Source of the DNA: Bacteroidia bacterium
GTDB taxonomy: Bacteria > Bacteroidota > Bacteroidia > NS11-12g > UBA9320
DNA: 64,000 nucleotides
NCBI GenBank assembly: GCA_965216465.1
Contig: CBDCFW010000005.1
Coordinates: forward strand, 416,001 to 480,000
Direction: 5' to 3'
Made by a program: the position numbers and the translations under genes. Positions within the stretch are counted from its first letter, which is position 1. Each line of letters begins with the position of its first letter. Below are positions 39,442-49,391 of this stretch, one piece after another. The notes below the pieces were generated by a model. It was not told the DNA's origin. It saw nothing but the letters and a program-made list of their open reading frames with translations, and searched no databases.

Positions 39442-40086
39442 ATGTATCGAATTTTTCACGGCAAACACCGTATTTTATTATCATCTACTGAATCCCTGAA
39501 AGAGAATTTTGAACCCGACTTTGTTTTTAAAAAACCGAACGAAGAACAAGTTAAGGAAGCTTTACGTGTAAGTAAGCGATCGACCAAGCCATTAAATATT
39601 TTAATCGTTGGAAACCCAGATAAATTGCTAAGAAAAGTTTTCTTGGAATTTAAATTGGTGGAAGCAGCAGGAGGTATTGTAGAAGATGAGCGAGGAAGAA
39701 TTCTTCTCATGAAACGCTTAGGAAAGTGGGATCTTCCAAAAGGTAAGGCCAAGAAAAATGAAGATATGGAGAAGTGTGCTATTCGTGAAATTGAGGAAGA
39801 AACTGGTGCTAAACAGCTCTCCATCGTATCGCACTTCATGGATACTTATCACACCTATTTTCGCTCCAATGAATGGCAAATCAAGCACACCGTATGGTAT
39901 CTTGTAAAATGTAAAGACGGTAATCATTTGGTGCCACAAACCGAAGAAGATATTGAAGAAGTGAGATGGGTAAAACCCAAAAAGATTCATTTGGCCTTAA
40001 TTGATACCTATCCTGCGATTAAACGCATCTTAAAGGAGTATAAGAGACAACTCAAAGCCAAAAAGAAGTTGCTCAAAGCTGGATAA
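39442..40086 (+). CDS. NUDIX hydrolase
   Basis: AAGG; WDLPKG...CAIREIEEETG Nudix box; PQTEEDI. Confidence 0.9.
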   Translation: MYRIFHGKHRILLSSTESLKENFEPDFVFKKPNEEQVKEALRVSKRSTKPLNILIVGNPDKLLRKVFLEFKLVEAAGGIVEDERGRILLMKRLGKWDLPKGKAKKNEDMEKCAIREIEEETGAKQLSIVSHFMDTYHTYFRSNEWQIKHTVWYLVKCKDGNHLVPQTEEDIEEVRWVKPKKIHLALIDTYPAIKRILKEYKRQLKAKKKLLKAG

Positions 40087-40091
40087 CAGGC

Positions 40092-40565
40092 TTATGCATT
40101 CATGATTTCGTTATATACAACTTCGGGAACATACTTTTTGAAGTTGCCCTTGTACCGAATAAGGTCCCTAACTATTGTTGAGCTTACAGAAGCATTTTTT
40201 TGATCACTCATAACAAAGATACTTTGCACCTTGTTGGTTAAATCTTCATTAACATACGCGATTTGCTGCTCGTAGGTAAAGTCTTGCGTTGTTCGCAATC
40301 CACGCAAGATGAATTCTGCACCTATTGAATCTGCAAAAGTTGCAGTTAGACCTTCGTAATGTTGTACACTCACCTTGTCGTTGTCAGCGAATACCATTTC
40401 GAGCCACTTGGTACGTTGGTCTAGTGTAAACAAATGCCTTTTATCTGCATTTACTCCAATGGCAACAATTACTTCATCAAAGAGCTTAAGTCCTCTATTT
40501 ACGATATCCAGATGTCCATTTGTAAATGGATCAAAGGTTCCAGGAAATATTGCTTTTTTACCCAT
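40092..40565 (-). CDS. coaD: Phosphopantetheine adenylyltransferase
   Basis: FPGTFDPFTNGH, RGLR..DF.YE and VSSTIVR motifs. Confidence 0.96.
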   Translation of the reverse strand: MGKKAIFPGTFDPFTNGHLDIVNRGLKLFDEVIVAIGVNADKRHLFTLDQRTKWLEMVFADNDKVSVQHYEGLTATFADSIGAEFILRGLRTTQDFTYEQQIAYVNEDLTNKVQSIFVMSDQKNASVSSTIVRDLIRYKGNFKKYVPEVVYNEIMNA

Positions 40566-40567
40566 AG

Positions 40568-41104
40568 CTAAGATTCAAAGTTAAAGAAACTGAAGGTACT
40601 TTGTCCATATTTTCTTGAATCATAGCACTTTGAGTGGTTTATCTTATACGATGTAATGTGTTCAAGAATAAAGACCCCATTAGGCTTTAAATAGTCACCC
40701 TGTTCAATGGTTTTAATCAATTCATTAATCTCTGCTTGTGCCTGGTATGGAGGATCGGCAAATAGAATATCGAACTGTTGATTGCACGACTTCAAAAATG
40801 GAAGTACTTTCTGCTGTCTGATTTCTAAATTAAGGTCTAACTGCTTAACAAGATCTGATATATACCGAATAGACTTGTAATTGGACTCAATGGCAGTTAC
40901 AGATTTACATCCTCGAGATAAAAATTCGAGGCTAATACTACCAAGACCAGTGTAAAGATCTAAAACCTCGATTTGATCAAAATAGTACTTTTGGTCAAGG
41001 ACATTGAATAATGCTTCCTTAGCACGGTCAGTTGTAGGGCGTGCATGAGGCATGTTTCGCTGCGGAAAGCGAAATCCCTTATGTTCACCGCTTATAATAC
41101 GCAT
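40568..41104 (-). CDS. rsmD: 16S rRNA m2G966 methyltransferase
   Basis: MRIISG, RPTTDRAKEALFN and FADPPY motifs. Confidence 0.93.
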   Translation of the reverse strand: MRIISGEHKGFRFPQRNMPHARPTTDRAKEALFNVLDQKYYFDQIEVLDLYTGLGSISLEFLSRGCKSVTAIESNYKSIRYISDLVKQLDLNLEIRQQKVLPFLKSCNQQFDILFADPPYQAQAEINELIKTIEQGDYLKPNGVFILEHITSYKINHSKCYDSRKYGQSTFSFFNFES

Positions 41105-41823
41105 TCTGAAAAAATACCAGCGAGTATATGTTCTAGTCGCAAATCTGATGATTCAGATTGCAGTTGACCATACGGTGCCAAATGTAGCGTTGGCAGATAA
41201 TTTTTAAACAGTGCCTGAAGCACTTCATGTTCTCCGCTTGTGGCGATACATTCAAAATGTAAATCCTGAACAGGCAAATCCAATTGCTCAACGAGTAGCA
41301 TGATGTAATAAAATAGTTCATCATGGTTTTCTACAGCATACCGGTTGATCAGAAGCAGACCTCCATCTTTAAATACCATTGCCGTGAGTAAATCTTCGCA
41401 GTGATAGAAATAAAGTGAGTTTGCGTGACGCCCTTTTATCGCATCGTGCCAAATGGCAACATCCGTTTTAATATCTGGGTTTACTAAATCCTTAATTACA
41501 CCGCTTAATTGATCATCTATATCTTGAACTACCGAGAACTGTTCAAGGTTCTCAAGAGCTAATTTCGTATAGGTCTTATGGTTGGTTATGAAGTAGGGAG
41601 TATAATCATCTTCACCTAATGGAGCCAGGATAAAATTACATCGGCCATTAACACAAGTCGTTTTTGAGAATATAGACGACTTTATAGCATCCGGAATAAC
41701 ATGATCACTCGATACATGCGAATACTTTAACGTATGATCTTTCGAAAAAGCTTGAAAAAGTGTTGCTTTTGGGAAAAAGCTTATTACCAGCTTATCACTA
41801 ACTGCGTTGTGGTAAGTGGTCAT
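41092..41823 (-). CDS. DUF3822-family protein
   Basis: N.Y....DELFYYI motif; usual position upstream of rsmD in Bacteroidota. Confidence 0.65.
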   Translation of the reverse strand: MTTYHNAVSDKLVISFFPKATLFQAFSKDHTLKYSHVSSDHVIPDAIKSSIFSKTTCVNGRCNFILAPLGEDDYTPYFITNHKTYTKLALENLEQFSVVQDIDDQLSGVIKDLVNPDIKTDVAIWHDAIKGRHANSLYFYHCEDLLTAMVFKDGGLLLINRYAVENHDELFYYIMLLVEQLDLPVQDLHFECIATSGEHEVLQALFKNYLPTLHLAPYGQLQSESSDLRLEHILAGIFSECVL

Positions 41824-41830
41824 TGAACTA

Positions 41831-42373
41831 TTAGCGACTACCCCAGTTACCTCTGTAGTTTACTTCGTAAATTGAACCAACACTAAGTGGGTTTTCTTCC
41901 TCTTGTCGTTCTTTACTAAACGGCATTGGGTCTTCAACCAAGAATACAGGTACAAGTACGTTGTTGGTCTTGATTTTATCGGCCTTCATGATAAACTGAA
42001 GTGTATCGTGAAAAGGTACATAGCGAATATTATCGACATCAACATCCGGGAACATCGAGTCTTTTACGCTAACAAACATTTCTTTGGTTGTAAATACAGT
42101 AGTTGAATCGTCTCGATCACCAAACTCTACCATAATTTTGAGTTGACCATTTTTCATAAAGTCAACTAAGGTATCAAAGCTTGCAGTAAACTGTCCTTTT
42201 TGATCTCTATAGGTTAATTGAGCATCGCGAATTACTTTAAGTTTATCAATAACGGCTTGTTCTTTTAGTGCAACCTCTTTGCCATAGCGAACGGGTTCTG
42301 CAATCGACTCGTAAGTAAAATATGCAAGAACTGCGATCACCACTAATAAGACACCTCTAATAACGTACTTCAT
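41831..42373 (-). CDS. Conserved Bacteroidota membrane-anchored hypothetical protein
   Basis: N-terminal TM helix; SIAEPV; VIDKL..IR.AQ; VGS......GNW. Confidence 0.7.
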   Translation of the reverse strand: MKYVIRGVLLVVIAVLAYFTYESIAEPVRYGKEVALKEQAVIDKLKVIRDAQLTYRDQKGQFTASFDTLVDFMKNGQLKIMVEFGDRDDSTTVFTTKEMFVSVKDSMFPDVDVDNIRYVPFHDTLQFIMKADKIKTNNVLVPVFLVEDPMPFSKERQEEENPLSVGSIYEVNYRGNWGSR

Positions 42374-42492
42374 TCTTTTTCAATAACTGATTGATGGCAA
42401 TATTACGGAAAATGTATGAAAATTATTTTGGTCTAAGAATATTAATTTGTTAACGTCTCAATTGATTTTACAAGCACCAAAACAACATGCAT

Positions 42493-42529
42493 AAAAAAAC
42501 CCGTACCAGAGTGTGATACGGGTTCTTTT
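42493..42529 (-). terminator. Terminator of the atp operon
   Basis: AACCCGTA...TACGGGTT hairpin; the A-run gives a U-tail on the minus strand. Confidence 0.8.
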
Positions 42530-42544
42530 GTATAGGATGAAATT

Positions 42545-43429
42545 TTATCCTTCCAAAGCAGCGGCTCCACCAACAATCTCTAAAATTTCTTTTGTAATTG
42601 CAGCTTGACGTGCTTGGTTATATTGTAATTTCAAATCGTAGATAAGCTCACCTGCATTTTCAGTAGCGTTATCCATAGCAACCATTCTACTTCCGTGTTC
42701 AGATGCTTGTGAATCAAGCATGGTTCTGTACAATTGCGTTTTAACCGCACGTGGAATTAAGGTATAAAGAAGGTCAGCTTTAGACGGTTCAAAAGTGAAG
42801 TCAGCTAAGAATTTAGTTTCTTCTGTTTTTTCTTCCTCAAAAGCTTCTATTTCTACCGGTAGAATGCGTTCAGCAGTTACGATTTGGGTTGCTGCATTTT
42901 TAAATTTATTGTATACAACACGAACCTCATCGTACTTTCCTGCTAAAAATTCAGAAATGATGTTTTCACCAATTTCAAATACTTCTTCTGCATTTAGGTC
43001 TTGGAAAGCATCTATGTTAGAAGTATCCATATTTAGGTCATCACGCTTATAAAATTCGTAAGCTTTCTTTCCTAAAAATTTCACCGTAACGTTTGCATCA
43101 GCGTATTTGTTCTGCAACAAGTTACGTACTTCTTTAATTACATTTGAGTTGAAACCACCGCACAATCCACGATCACTTGAATTAACTACAAGTAATACAT
43201 TTTTTACTTCACGATGCTCAAAGTAACCTTGTAAGCTTTGTTCGTCCTTAGCAGCCTCTGCCAAGTTTACTAAAATTCCATTTAGCTTGTCGGCATAAGG
43301 TCGCATTTGAGTAATAGCTTGCTGAGCCTTACGCAATTTCGTAGCCGAAACCATTTTCATGGCTTTGGTAATTTGCTGCGTCGACTGCGTACTCGCTATC
43401 CTGGTTCTTACTTCCTTTAAATTTGCCAT
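42545..43429 (-). CDS. atpG: ATP synthase F1 gamma subunit
   Basis: ITKAMKMVS, DRGLCG and RQAAITKEILEIVGGA motifs. Confidence 0.97.
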   Translation of the reverse strand: MANLKEVRTRIASTQSTQQITKAMKMVSATKLRKAQQAITQMRPYADKLNGILVNLAEAAKDEQSLQGYFEHREVKNVLLVVNSSDRGLCGGFNSNVIKEVRNLLQNKYADANVTVKFLGKKAYEFYKRDDLNMDTSNIDAFQDLNAEEVFEIGENIISEFLAGKYDEVRVVYNKFKNAATQIVTAERILPVEIEAFEEEKTEETKFLADFTFEPSKADLLYTLIPRAVKTQLYRTMLDSQASEHGSRMVAMDNATENAGELIYDLKLQYNQARQAAITKEILEIVGGAAALEG

Positions 43430-43434
43430 TTTGT

Positions 43435-45015
43435 TTAGGCTTTGAAGTTTTTAGCTATTTCTGCTCCTACTTTTTCTACTGTTCCGGTAAGGTCACCGTC
43501 AAGCTTACCGCTTGTTAAAGCGTCAAGAACGTCTTGGTGATCAGCTTCCATCTTCATTAAGAACTCCTCTTCGAATTTACGAACAGATGCAACAGGAATA
43601 TCTCTCAATAAACCTTTAGTTCCTAGGTAGATGATTGCAACTTGCTTACCAACAGTTAGTGGAGAATATTGAGCTTGTTTCAAGATCTCCACGTTTCTTG
43701 CTCCTTTATCTAAGATTGACTTAGTAGCAGGGTCAAGGTCAGATCCAAACTTAGCAAATGCTTCAAGCTCTTTATACTGTGCTTGGTCCAATTTAAGTGT
43801 TCCAGCAGTTTTCTTCATTGCTTTTGTTTGTGCAGACCCCCCTACACGAGATACCGAGATACCTACGTTAATCGCTGGACGAACACCAGAGTTGAATAAA
43901 TCAGACTCTAGGAAGATTTGTCCATCAGTAATCGAAATTACGTTAGTTGGGATATATGCAGAAACGTCACCAGCTTGTGTTTCAATGATCGGTAAAGCAG
44001 TAAGAGATCCTCCTCCTTTTACTTTTCCTTTCAATGATTCTGGTAAATCGTTCATACCTTGAGCGATCTCATCAGAGCCATTCACCTTTGCAGCACGCTC
44101 TAATAAACGAGAGTGAAGGTAGAATACGTCTCCTGGGTATGCTTCACGACCTGGAGGTCTTTTAAGAAGAAGAGATACCTCACGATATGCAACAGCTTGT
44201 TTTGAAAGATCATCGTAAATGATCAATGCAGGACGACCAGTGTCTCTGAAGTACTCACCAATTGCAGCACCCGCCATAGGAGCGTAGAATTGCATTGGAG
44301 CAGGATCAGCAGCAGAAGCAGATACGATAGTTGTATATGCCATTGCTCCTTTTTGCTCAAGAGCTCTAACCACTTGCTTTACAGTACTTGCTTTCTGTCC
44401 GCAAGCAACATAAATACAGTAAACTGGTTCACCTTTGTCATAAAATTCTTTTTGGTTAATAATGGTGTCGATAGCAACAGCAGTTTTACCTGTTTGCTTG
44501 TCACCAATAATTAACTCTCTTTGTCCTCTACCAATTGGAATCATCGCGTCTACCGCTTTAATTCCTGTTTGTAAAGGCTCAGATACAGGCTCTCTATAGA
44601 TTACCCCTGGAGCTTTTCTCTCCAATGGCATTTCAAATAGTTCACCTTCAATATCTCCGTTACCGTCAATTGGGTTACCTAAGGTGTCAACAACTCTACC
44701 TAACATTCCCTCTCCTACTTTAATAGAAGCAATTCTGTTAGTTCTTTTTACTGTGTCACCTTCTTTAATATTGGTAGAGCTACCTAAAAGTACAGCACCA
44801 ACATTATCTTCTTCTAAGTTAAGAACGATACCTTGAACACCGTTAGCAAACTCGATAAGCTCACCTGATTTTACTTGAGTAAGTCCGTAAATACGGGCGA
44901 TACCATCACCTACTTGTAATACTGTTCCTACTTCTTCTAATTGAGCTCCAGTTTGTACACCGGCTAATTGCTCTTTAATTATACTAGAAACTTCGTCTGG
45001 TCTTATTGCAGCCAT
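43435..45015 (-). CDS. atpA: ATP synthase F1 alpha subunit
   Basis: [17 protein letters not shown] and [22 protein letters not shown] motifs. Confidence 0.98.
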   Translation of the reverse strand: MAAIRPDEVSSIIKEQLAGVQTGAQLEEVGTVLQVGDGIARIYGLTQVKSGELIEFANGVQGIVLNLEEDNVGAVLLGSSTNIKEGDTVKRTNRIASIKVGEGMLGRVVDTLGNPIDGNGDIEGELFEMPLERKAPGVIYREPVSEPLQTGIKAVDAMIPIGRGQRELIIGDKQTGKTAVAIDTIINQKEFYDKGEPVYCIYVACGQKASTVKQVVRALEQKGAMAYTTIVSASAADPAPMQFYAPMAGAAIGEYFRDTGRPALIIYDDLSKQAVAYREVSLLLKRPPGREAYPGDVFYLHSRLLERAAKVNGSDEIAQGMNDLPESLKGKVKGGGSLTALPIIETQAGDVSAYIPTNVISITDGQIFLESDLFNSGVRPAINVGISVSRVGGSAQTKAMKKTAGTLKLDQAQYKELEAFAKFGSDLDPATKSILDKGARNVEILKQAQYSPLTVGKQVAIIYLGTKGLLRDIPVASVRKFEEEFLMKMEADHQDVLDALTSGKLDGDLTGTVEKVGAEIAKNFKA

Positions 45016-45023
45016 TTTTCTTT

Positions 45024-45563
45024 TTAATTATAGATTAATGTTTTTCTAATTTCTCTAAGTTCCTTAGACACGCTCATATCTAAAAGCTTGTCTTCGTGCT
45101 TAATTATCACACCTCCAATAATTGAAGGATCAATTTCATTTGTAAGTTCTATTCCTTCTTTACCTAAGATACCTGTAACGTAAGATTTAATCTTCGCTAA
45201 AGTTTCTTCTGATAATTCAACAGCAGAAATAACAGTTGCCGTAGCAATGCCTTTCATTTCGTTGTATGAAGCAATATAATTTTGAGCAACCAGAGGCAAC
45301 TCACCTTCACGCTTTTTATCTACTAAAAAGTCAATAAAGTTTTGCGTTGTAGCAGAAGTTGATTTGAAAACTTTTGCCAACACCGCTTTTTTATCACTTG
45401 CTTTAACAATTGGGTTGTTTAAAAGGCTAACAAGTTCTCTTGATTCTGAACAGGTATCAACTACCGTGTCCATATCAGCCTTGATGCCATCTAAATCACC
45501 TGCTTGAGAAGCAAGATCTAATAATGACTTAGAATATCTTAGTGCTATTCTGGTTGATGCCAT
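45024..45563 (-). CDS. atpH: ATP synthase F1 delta subunit
   Basis: [14 protein letters not shown] and LDMSV motifs; operon position. Confidence 0.94.
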   Translation of the reverse strand: MASTRIALRYSKSLLDLASQAGDLDGIKADMDTVVDTCSESRELVSLLNNPIVKASDKKAVLAKVFKSTSATTQNFIDFLVDKKREGELPLVAQNYIASYNEMKGIATATVISAVELSEETLAKIKSYVTGILGKEGIELTNEIDPSIIGGVIIKHEDKLLDMSVSKELREIRKTLIYN

Positions 45564-45564
45564 G

Positions 45565-46059
45565 TTAATTTAATTGTGATTTGTTCAAGTGATCGTTAAC
45601 TAAAGATTCTTGAGAACCTTTTTCACTTAACTCTTTACGAATTACTTTTTCAGCAATCTCCAATGAAATTTCAGCTACTTGCTTCTTGATATCAGAAAGA
45701 GCTTGGTGCTTTTCTTTGTCAATCTCAGCACGTGCAGCTGCAACCAATCGACTTCCTTCTTCAGAGGCAGTTACCTTAGCGTCAGACAAGATCTTTTCTT
45801 TCATTTCTCTTGCTTCTTTTAAGATAGACTCGCGCTCTTCACGAGCTTCAGCCAATAGCTTTTCATTGTCTGATTTAAGCTGGCTCATTTGAGCTTTAGC
45901 TTCTTCAGCAGACTTTAATGAACGATCAATAAATTCTTCTCGGTCTTTTAATGCTTTGATGATTCCCTTCCAAGCAAACTTTTTCAAAAGAAAAAGAATC
46001 ACTAAGAATGCAATCGACATCCAAAGCACTAAACCTAATTCGGGCAATAACGGATTCAT
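45565..46059 (-). CDS. atpF: ATP synthase F0 subunit b
   Basis: N-terminal TM helix with LKKFAW; long coiled coil; IAEKVI. Confidence 0.95.
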   Translation of the reverse strand: MNPLLPELGLVLWMSIAFLVILFLLKKFAWKGIIKALKDREEFIDRSLKSAEEAKAQMSQLKSDNEKLLAEAREERESILKEAREMKEKILSDAKVTASEEGSRLVAAARAEIDKEKHQALSDIKKQVAEISLEIAEKVIRKELSEKGSQESLVNDHLNKSQLN

Positions 46060-46075
46060 AATAATTTAAATCTAT

Positions 46076-46099
46076 AGGGCAAGAGCGTACTCTTGCCCT
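46076..46099 (-). other. Intergenic RNA hairpin between atpE and atpF
   Basis: Perfect 10-bp stem AGGGCAAGAG/CTCTTGCCCT with a UACG loop on the mRNA strand; no U-tail. Confidence 0.75.
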
Positions 46100-46116
46100 C
46101 GTACAATTTCGTGTTA

Positions 46117-46392
<276 letters not shown>

Positions 46393-46413
46393 TTAATTTA
46401 ATTTATAAACGTA

Positions 46414-47472
46414 TTAATGTGCGTGCTCTTCTACTGCTGAACCGAAGTACAGTGCAGACAATAAGGTAAACACATATGCTTGTAAGAAAGCCACTAAAAG
46501 CTCAATTGCAAACATGAAAATTGAGAATCCTACCGATAAGATAGAAACTCCATATCCACCTCCAGCTCCATAAAGGTTATTGAAGATGAAAATCAAACTC
46601 ACAAAAGCCAAAATAATAATGTGACCTGCTGTGATATTCGCAAAAAGTCGTAAAGTAAGTACGATTGGTTTTGAAATGAATCCAATAAACTCAATCACAA
46701 ACATTAAAGGAATTGGAAACTTCAACCACCAAGGTACACCTGGGGTGTTGTAAATGTGCTTCCAGTAATCTTTGTTACCATTAACTGCAGTGATAATGAA
46801 AGTAAACAACGCCATTACCATCGCAATAGCAATATTTCCTGTAACGTTAAATCCTCCAATGAAAGGAATAAGACCTAACATATTACCAATCCAAATAAAG
46901 AAGAAAATGGTTAATAAGAAAGGTAAGAACTTCTCATAACGCTTACCGATACTTGGCTTTGCAATCTCATCCTTCACAAAAAGAATTAATGGCTCCATTA
47001 AAGATTGTATACCTTTTGGGGCCTGACCTTCTCTTTTCTTGTATCCTCTTGCTACTGCAGTAAAGATCAACACCATTAAAATCATGGTTAACAACATCCC
47101 TGCAACAGTTTTAGTAATTGAAAGATCCAATGGTTTTTCTCCGGTGATGTGTCCGTGCTCGTCATGAGCAGGTTTTCCATCAGCACCTACCATATAAATC
47201 TTTTCGTGATCCATAACGTAGCCGTTGTAAACAGCACCTCCAGAAAGACGAGAAGAACTGAATACATCAAGACCATTTTCTGAACTGTAAAGAATAATTG
47301 GTAACGGAATGTGAATTGGACCGATGTGAATCTCGTGCATATCCATCACGTGATGCATAATAACTTCACCTGCATTAAACTCCTCTTTTTCCCCATGATT
47401 TGCTTCTGAAGAAGAGGCAAACGACATGAAAGACGTCATAAAAACTGTGATTGCAAGAAATAATCGAAACAT
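46414..47472 (-). CDS. atpB: ATP synthase F0 subunit a
   Basis: LRLFANITAGH and LQAYVFTLL motifs; ATG 47472 used (ORF is open to TTG 47517). Confidence 0.95.
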   Translation of the reverse strand: MFRLFLAITVFMTSFMSFASSSEANHGEKEEFNAGEVIMHHVMDMHEIHIGPIHIPLPIILYSSENGLDVFSSSRLSGGAVYNGYVMDHEKIYMVGADGKPAHDEHGHITGEKPLDLSITKTVAGMLLTMILMVLIFTAVARGYKKREGQAPKGIQSLMEPLILFVKDEIAKPSIGKRYEKFLPFLLTIFFFIWIGNMLGLIPFIGGFNVTGNIAIAMVMALFTFIITAVNGNKDYWKHIYNTPGVPWWLKFPIPLMFVIEFIGFISKPIVLTLRLFANITAGHIIILAFVSLIFIFNNLYGAGGGYGVSILSVGFSIFMFAIELLVAFLQAYVFTLLSALYFGSAVEEHAH

Positions 47473-47497
47473 TTGGTTCGTTCTAAGTTGTTGGTTA

Positions 47498-47899
47498 TTA
47501 GCTTGTTGTGTTATCAAGTTCGCTGTTAATTTCGGGGCGCAATTTAGCCACTAATTGATATATTTCAAATATTGTGAATAATAAATATAAAATTAAATAG
47601 TAGACTATAAACTCCTTGGCCTTTATCTCACTCACTATCAGGTAAATAGCTAAGAAAAAAATACCTAACATCATTCGCAATCCAATGGCTCCCATTACAC
47701 CTCTAAAAAATGCAGAATTGGATGCCTTTAATGCCCGATGACTTATCGCACTAATTCCTACTCCCAAAGCAAAGAAAAATGCTAGTGATCCCCAGAACCA
47801 AATTTGCTCTGAAGTTTCAATAAATCGAAACATAAAAAAAGTAAGAACGGCAAGAATTAGCGTTAAGATTAAAAGTTTAAATACAAATTTCGAACTCAT
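47498..47899 (-). CDS. Four-TM membrane protein, AtpI-like
   Basis: Four hydrophobic helices; directly upstream of atpB. Confidence 0.65.
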   Translation of the reverse strand: MSSKFVFKLLILTLILAVLTFFMFRFIETSEQIWFWGSLAFFFALGVGISAISHRALKASNSAFFRGVMGAIGLRMMLGIFFLAIYLIVSEIKAKEFIVYYLILYLLFTIFEIYQLVAKLRPEINSELDNTTS

Positions 47900-48093
47900 T
47901 ATTTCAGTTTTTTAATCATCATATATATAACAGCGAACACAGCTAAAAAGATCGCTATTAATACAAAAGTTGATTCTAAGTTAAAATAGGAATCGAGCCA
48001 AAGACCAATAAGGATTAATCCTACGGTAATCGCTATCAGTTGAAAGCCCAGTCCGGAGTACTTTACATAATTAGGCTGTTGCCGTTTGGACAT
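47899..48093 (-). CDS. AtpZ/AtpI family protein
   Basis: YVKYSGLGFQL..G.WLD motif; two TM helices. Confidence 0.8.
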   Translation of the reverse strand: MSKRQQPNYVKYSGLGFQLIAITVGLILIGLWLDSYFNLESTFVLIAIFLAVFAVIYMMIKKLK

Positions 48094-48484
48094 TATTCTC
48101 AGAATTATCCTTCTTTATGGAAACAGAGCTACCCATGGTACATGCACCATTGAACTCTCCTCCATTCTCAACAACGATTTTTGATGTTTTGATATCACCG
48201 TTGATCTTTCCGCTAGATTTAATTAAAAGCAGTTCATTCACTTTTACATTTCCATCTACTCGTCCGCTTACGTCACAGCTTTTAGATTCAATGTTTCCGA
48301 TGATTCGGCCAGTAGCTCCCAAAACACATTTAGATTGTGTTCTCACGCTACCTTCAACTACTCCGTCTATTCTAAGATCACCATTTGAGCTTAAATCTCC
48401 AACAATTGTGGTTCCTTCTCCAATTACGTTAATTGCACCGGTTCCTGATGGAGCTGTAGTCTTTTCTTTTTTGTTACCTATCAT
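48071..48484 (-). CDS. Bactofilin (polymer-forming cytoskeletal protein)
   Basis: IGEGT.I.GD...GDLRIDG...G beta-helix repeats; FNG.C.M. Confidence 0.92.
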   Translation of the reverse strand: MIGNKKEKTTAPSGTGAINVIGEGTTIVGDLSSNGDLRIDGVVEGSVRTQSKCVLGATGRIIGNIESKSCDVSGRVDGNVKVNELLLIKSSGKINGDIKTSKIVVENGGEFNGACTMGSSVSIKKDNSENNVQTATA

Positions 48485-48490
48485 TTTGTT

Positions 48491-49309
48491 TTAGAAGTTG
48501 ATGTAATGTTGTGGGTTAACAGCTATACCCTTGCTCCACAATTCAAAGTGAAGATGGGGCCCCGAAGATAGTTCTCCGGTATTCCCTACAAGTGCAACTG
48601 CATCGCCTGCGTTGACAAAAGTACCCTCTTTTTTCAATAGCACGGCATTATGTTTATAAACTGAGATTAACTCGTTCGGATGTTGAATAACCAAGGTGTG
48701 TCCACCTCCTGGAGTCCAGTCACTAAATATCACGGTTCCTTTCTGCACAGACTTAATTACCTCTTTGCTTTTGGCAGCAATATCAACAGCTAAGTGCTTT
48801 CTGTCAATATTAAATGTATCGCTCACCACTCCTTTTAAAGGCAGAAACAAATTGTAACTTTTGGGATCGATCTCAGAACCTCGGATTATTTTCACTTGAG
48901 TGCCAGGGTCACTAGATGCCAGAGCAACTTCTTCGGCAGGTACGTTCTCCATCTCTTCCATAATATCAGAATTTAACTCACCTCCTTCAAGAATCTGGTT
49001 CAATATATCTGACTGGAGCTTCAAATTCGTTAACGACTGCTCTAATGAATCTATTCGCTGAAGCATTTCGTATTGCTCAATATTGCTATACTTCGAACTT
49101 TTAGTAGGAAAAATGTGGTTTAGCGGGGTATAGGCCAATAATAAATACAAGATGGTACCAAACACCAATAAGGTTACTGACACCACCAATACCATATTGA
49201 GTGGTGTTAAAACAAAAGACACACGTTCCTCAAGATTCTCATCTTGCCTCAGAATCAATCTGTATCTATTTCTGAACTTGGTTGATATTTTTTTTCGGAA
49301 AGAACCCAA
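48491..49309 (-). CDS. M23-family metallopeptidase, membrane-anchored
   Basis: HLAVDIA, SVYKHN and GNTGELSSGPHLHFE motifs. Confidence 0.92.
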   Translation of the reverse strand: MGSFRKKISTKFRNRYRLILRQDENLEERVSFVLTPLNMVLVVSVTLLVFGTILYLLLAYTPLNHIFPTKSSKYSNIEQYEMLQRIDSLEQSLTNLKLQSDILNQILEGGELNSDIMEEMENVPAEEVALASSDPGTQVKIIRGSEIDPKSYNLFLPLKGVVSDTFNIDRKHLAVDIAAKSKEVIKSVQKGTVIFSDWTPGGGHTLVIQHPNELISVYKHNAVLLKKEGTFVNAGDAVALVGNTGELSSGPHLHFELWSKGIAVNPQHYINF

Positions 49310-49391
49310 CTTTTGTCAATGTTTACGGCCTAATTAAAATATTTTTGTGCTCTTTTGAGTTTAAAGAGTGCAAAGTTAATAAGATTATCAA

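Noticed and set aside
42374-42544. tRNA or other ncRNA in the larger intergenic gaps (also 60365-60524)
   Set aside because: No cloverleaf or T-loop motif; only terminators and AT-rich promoter sequence
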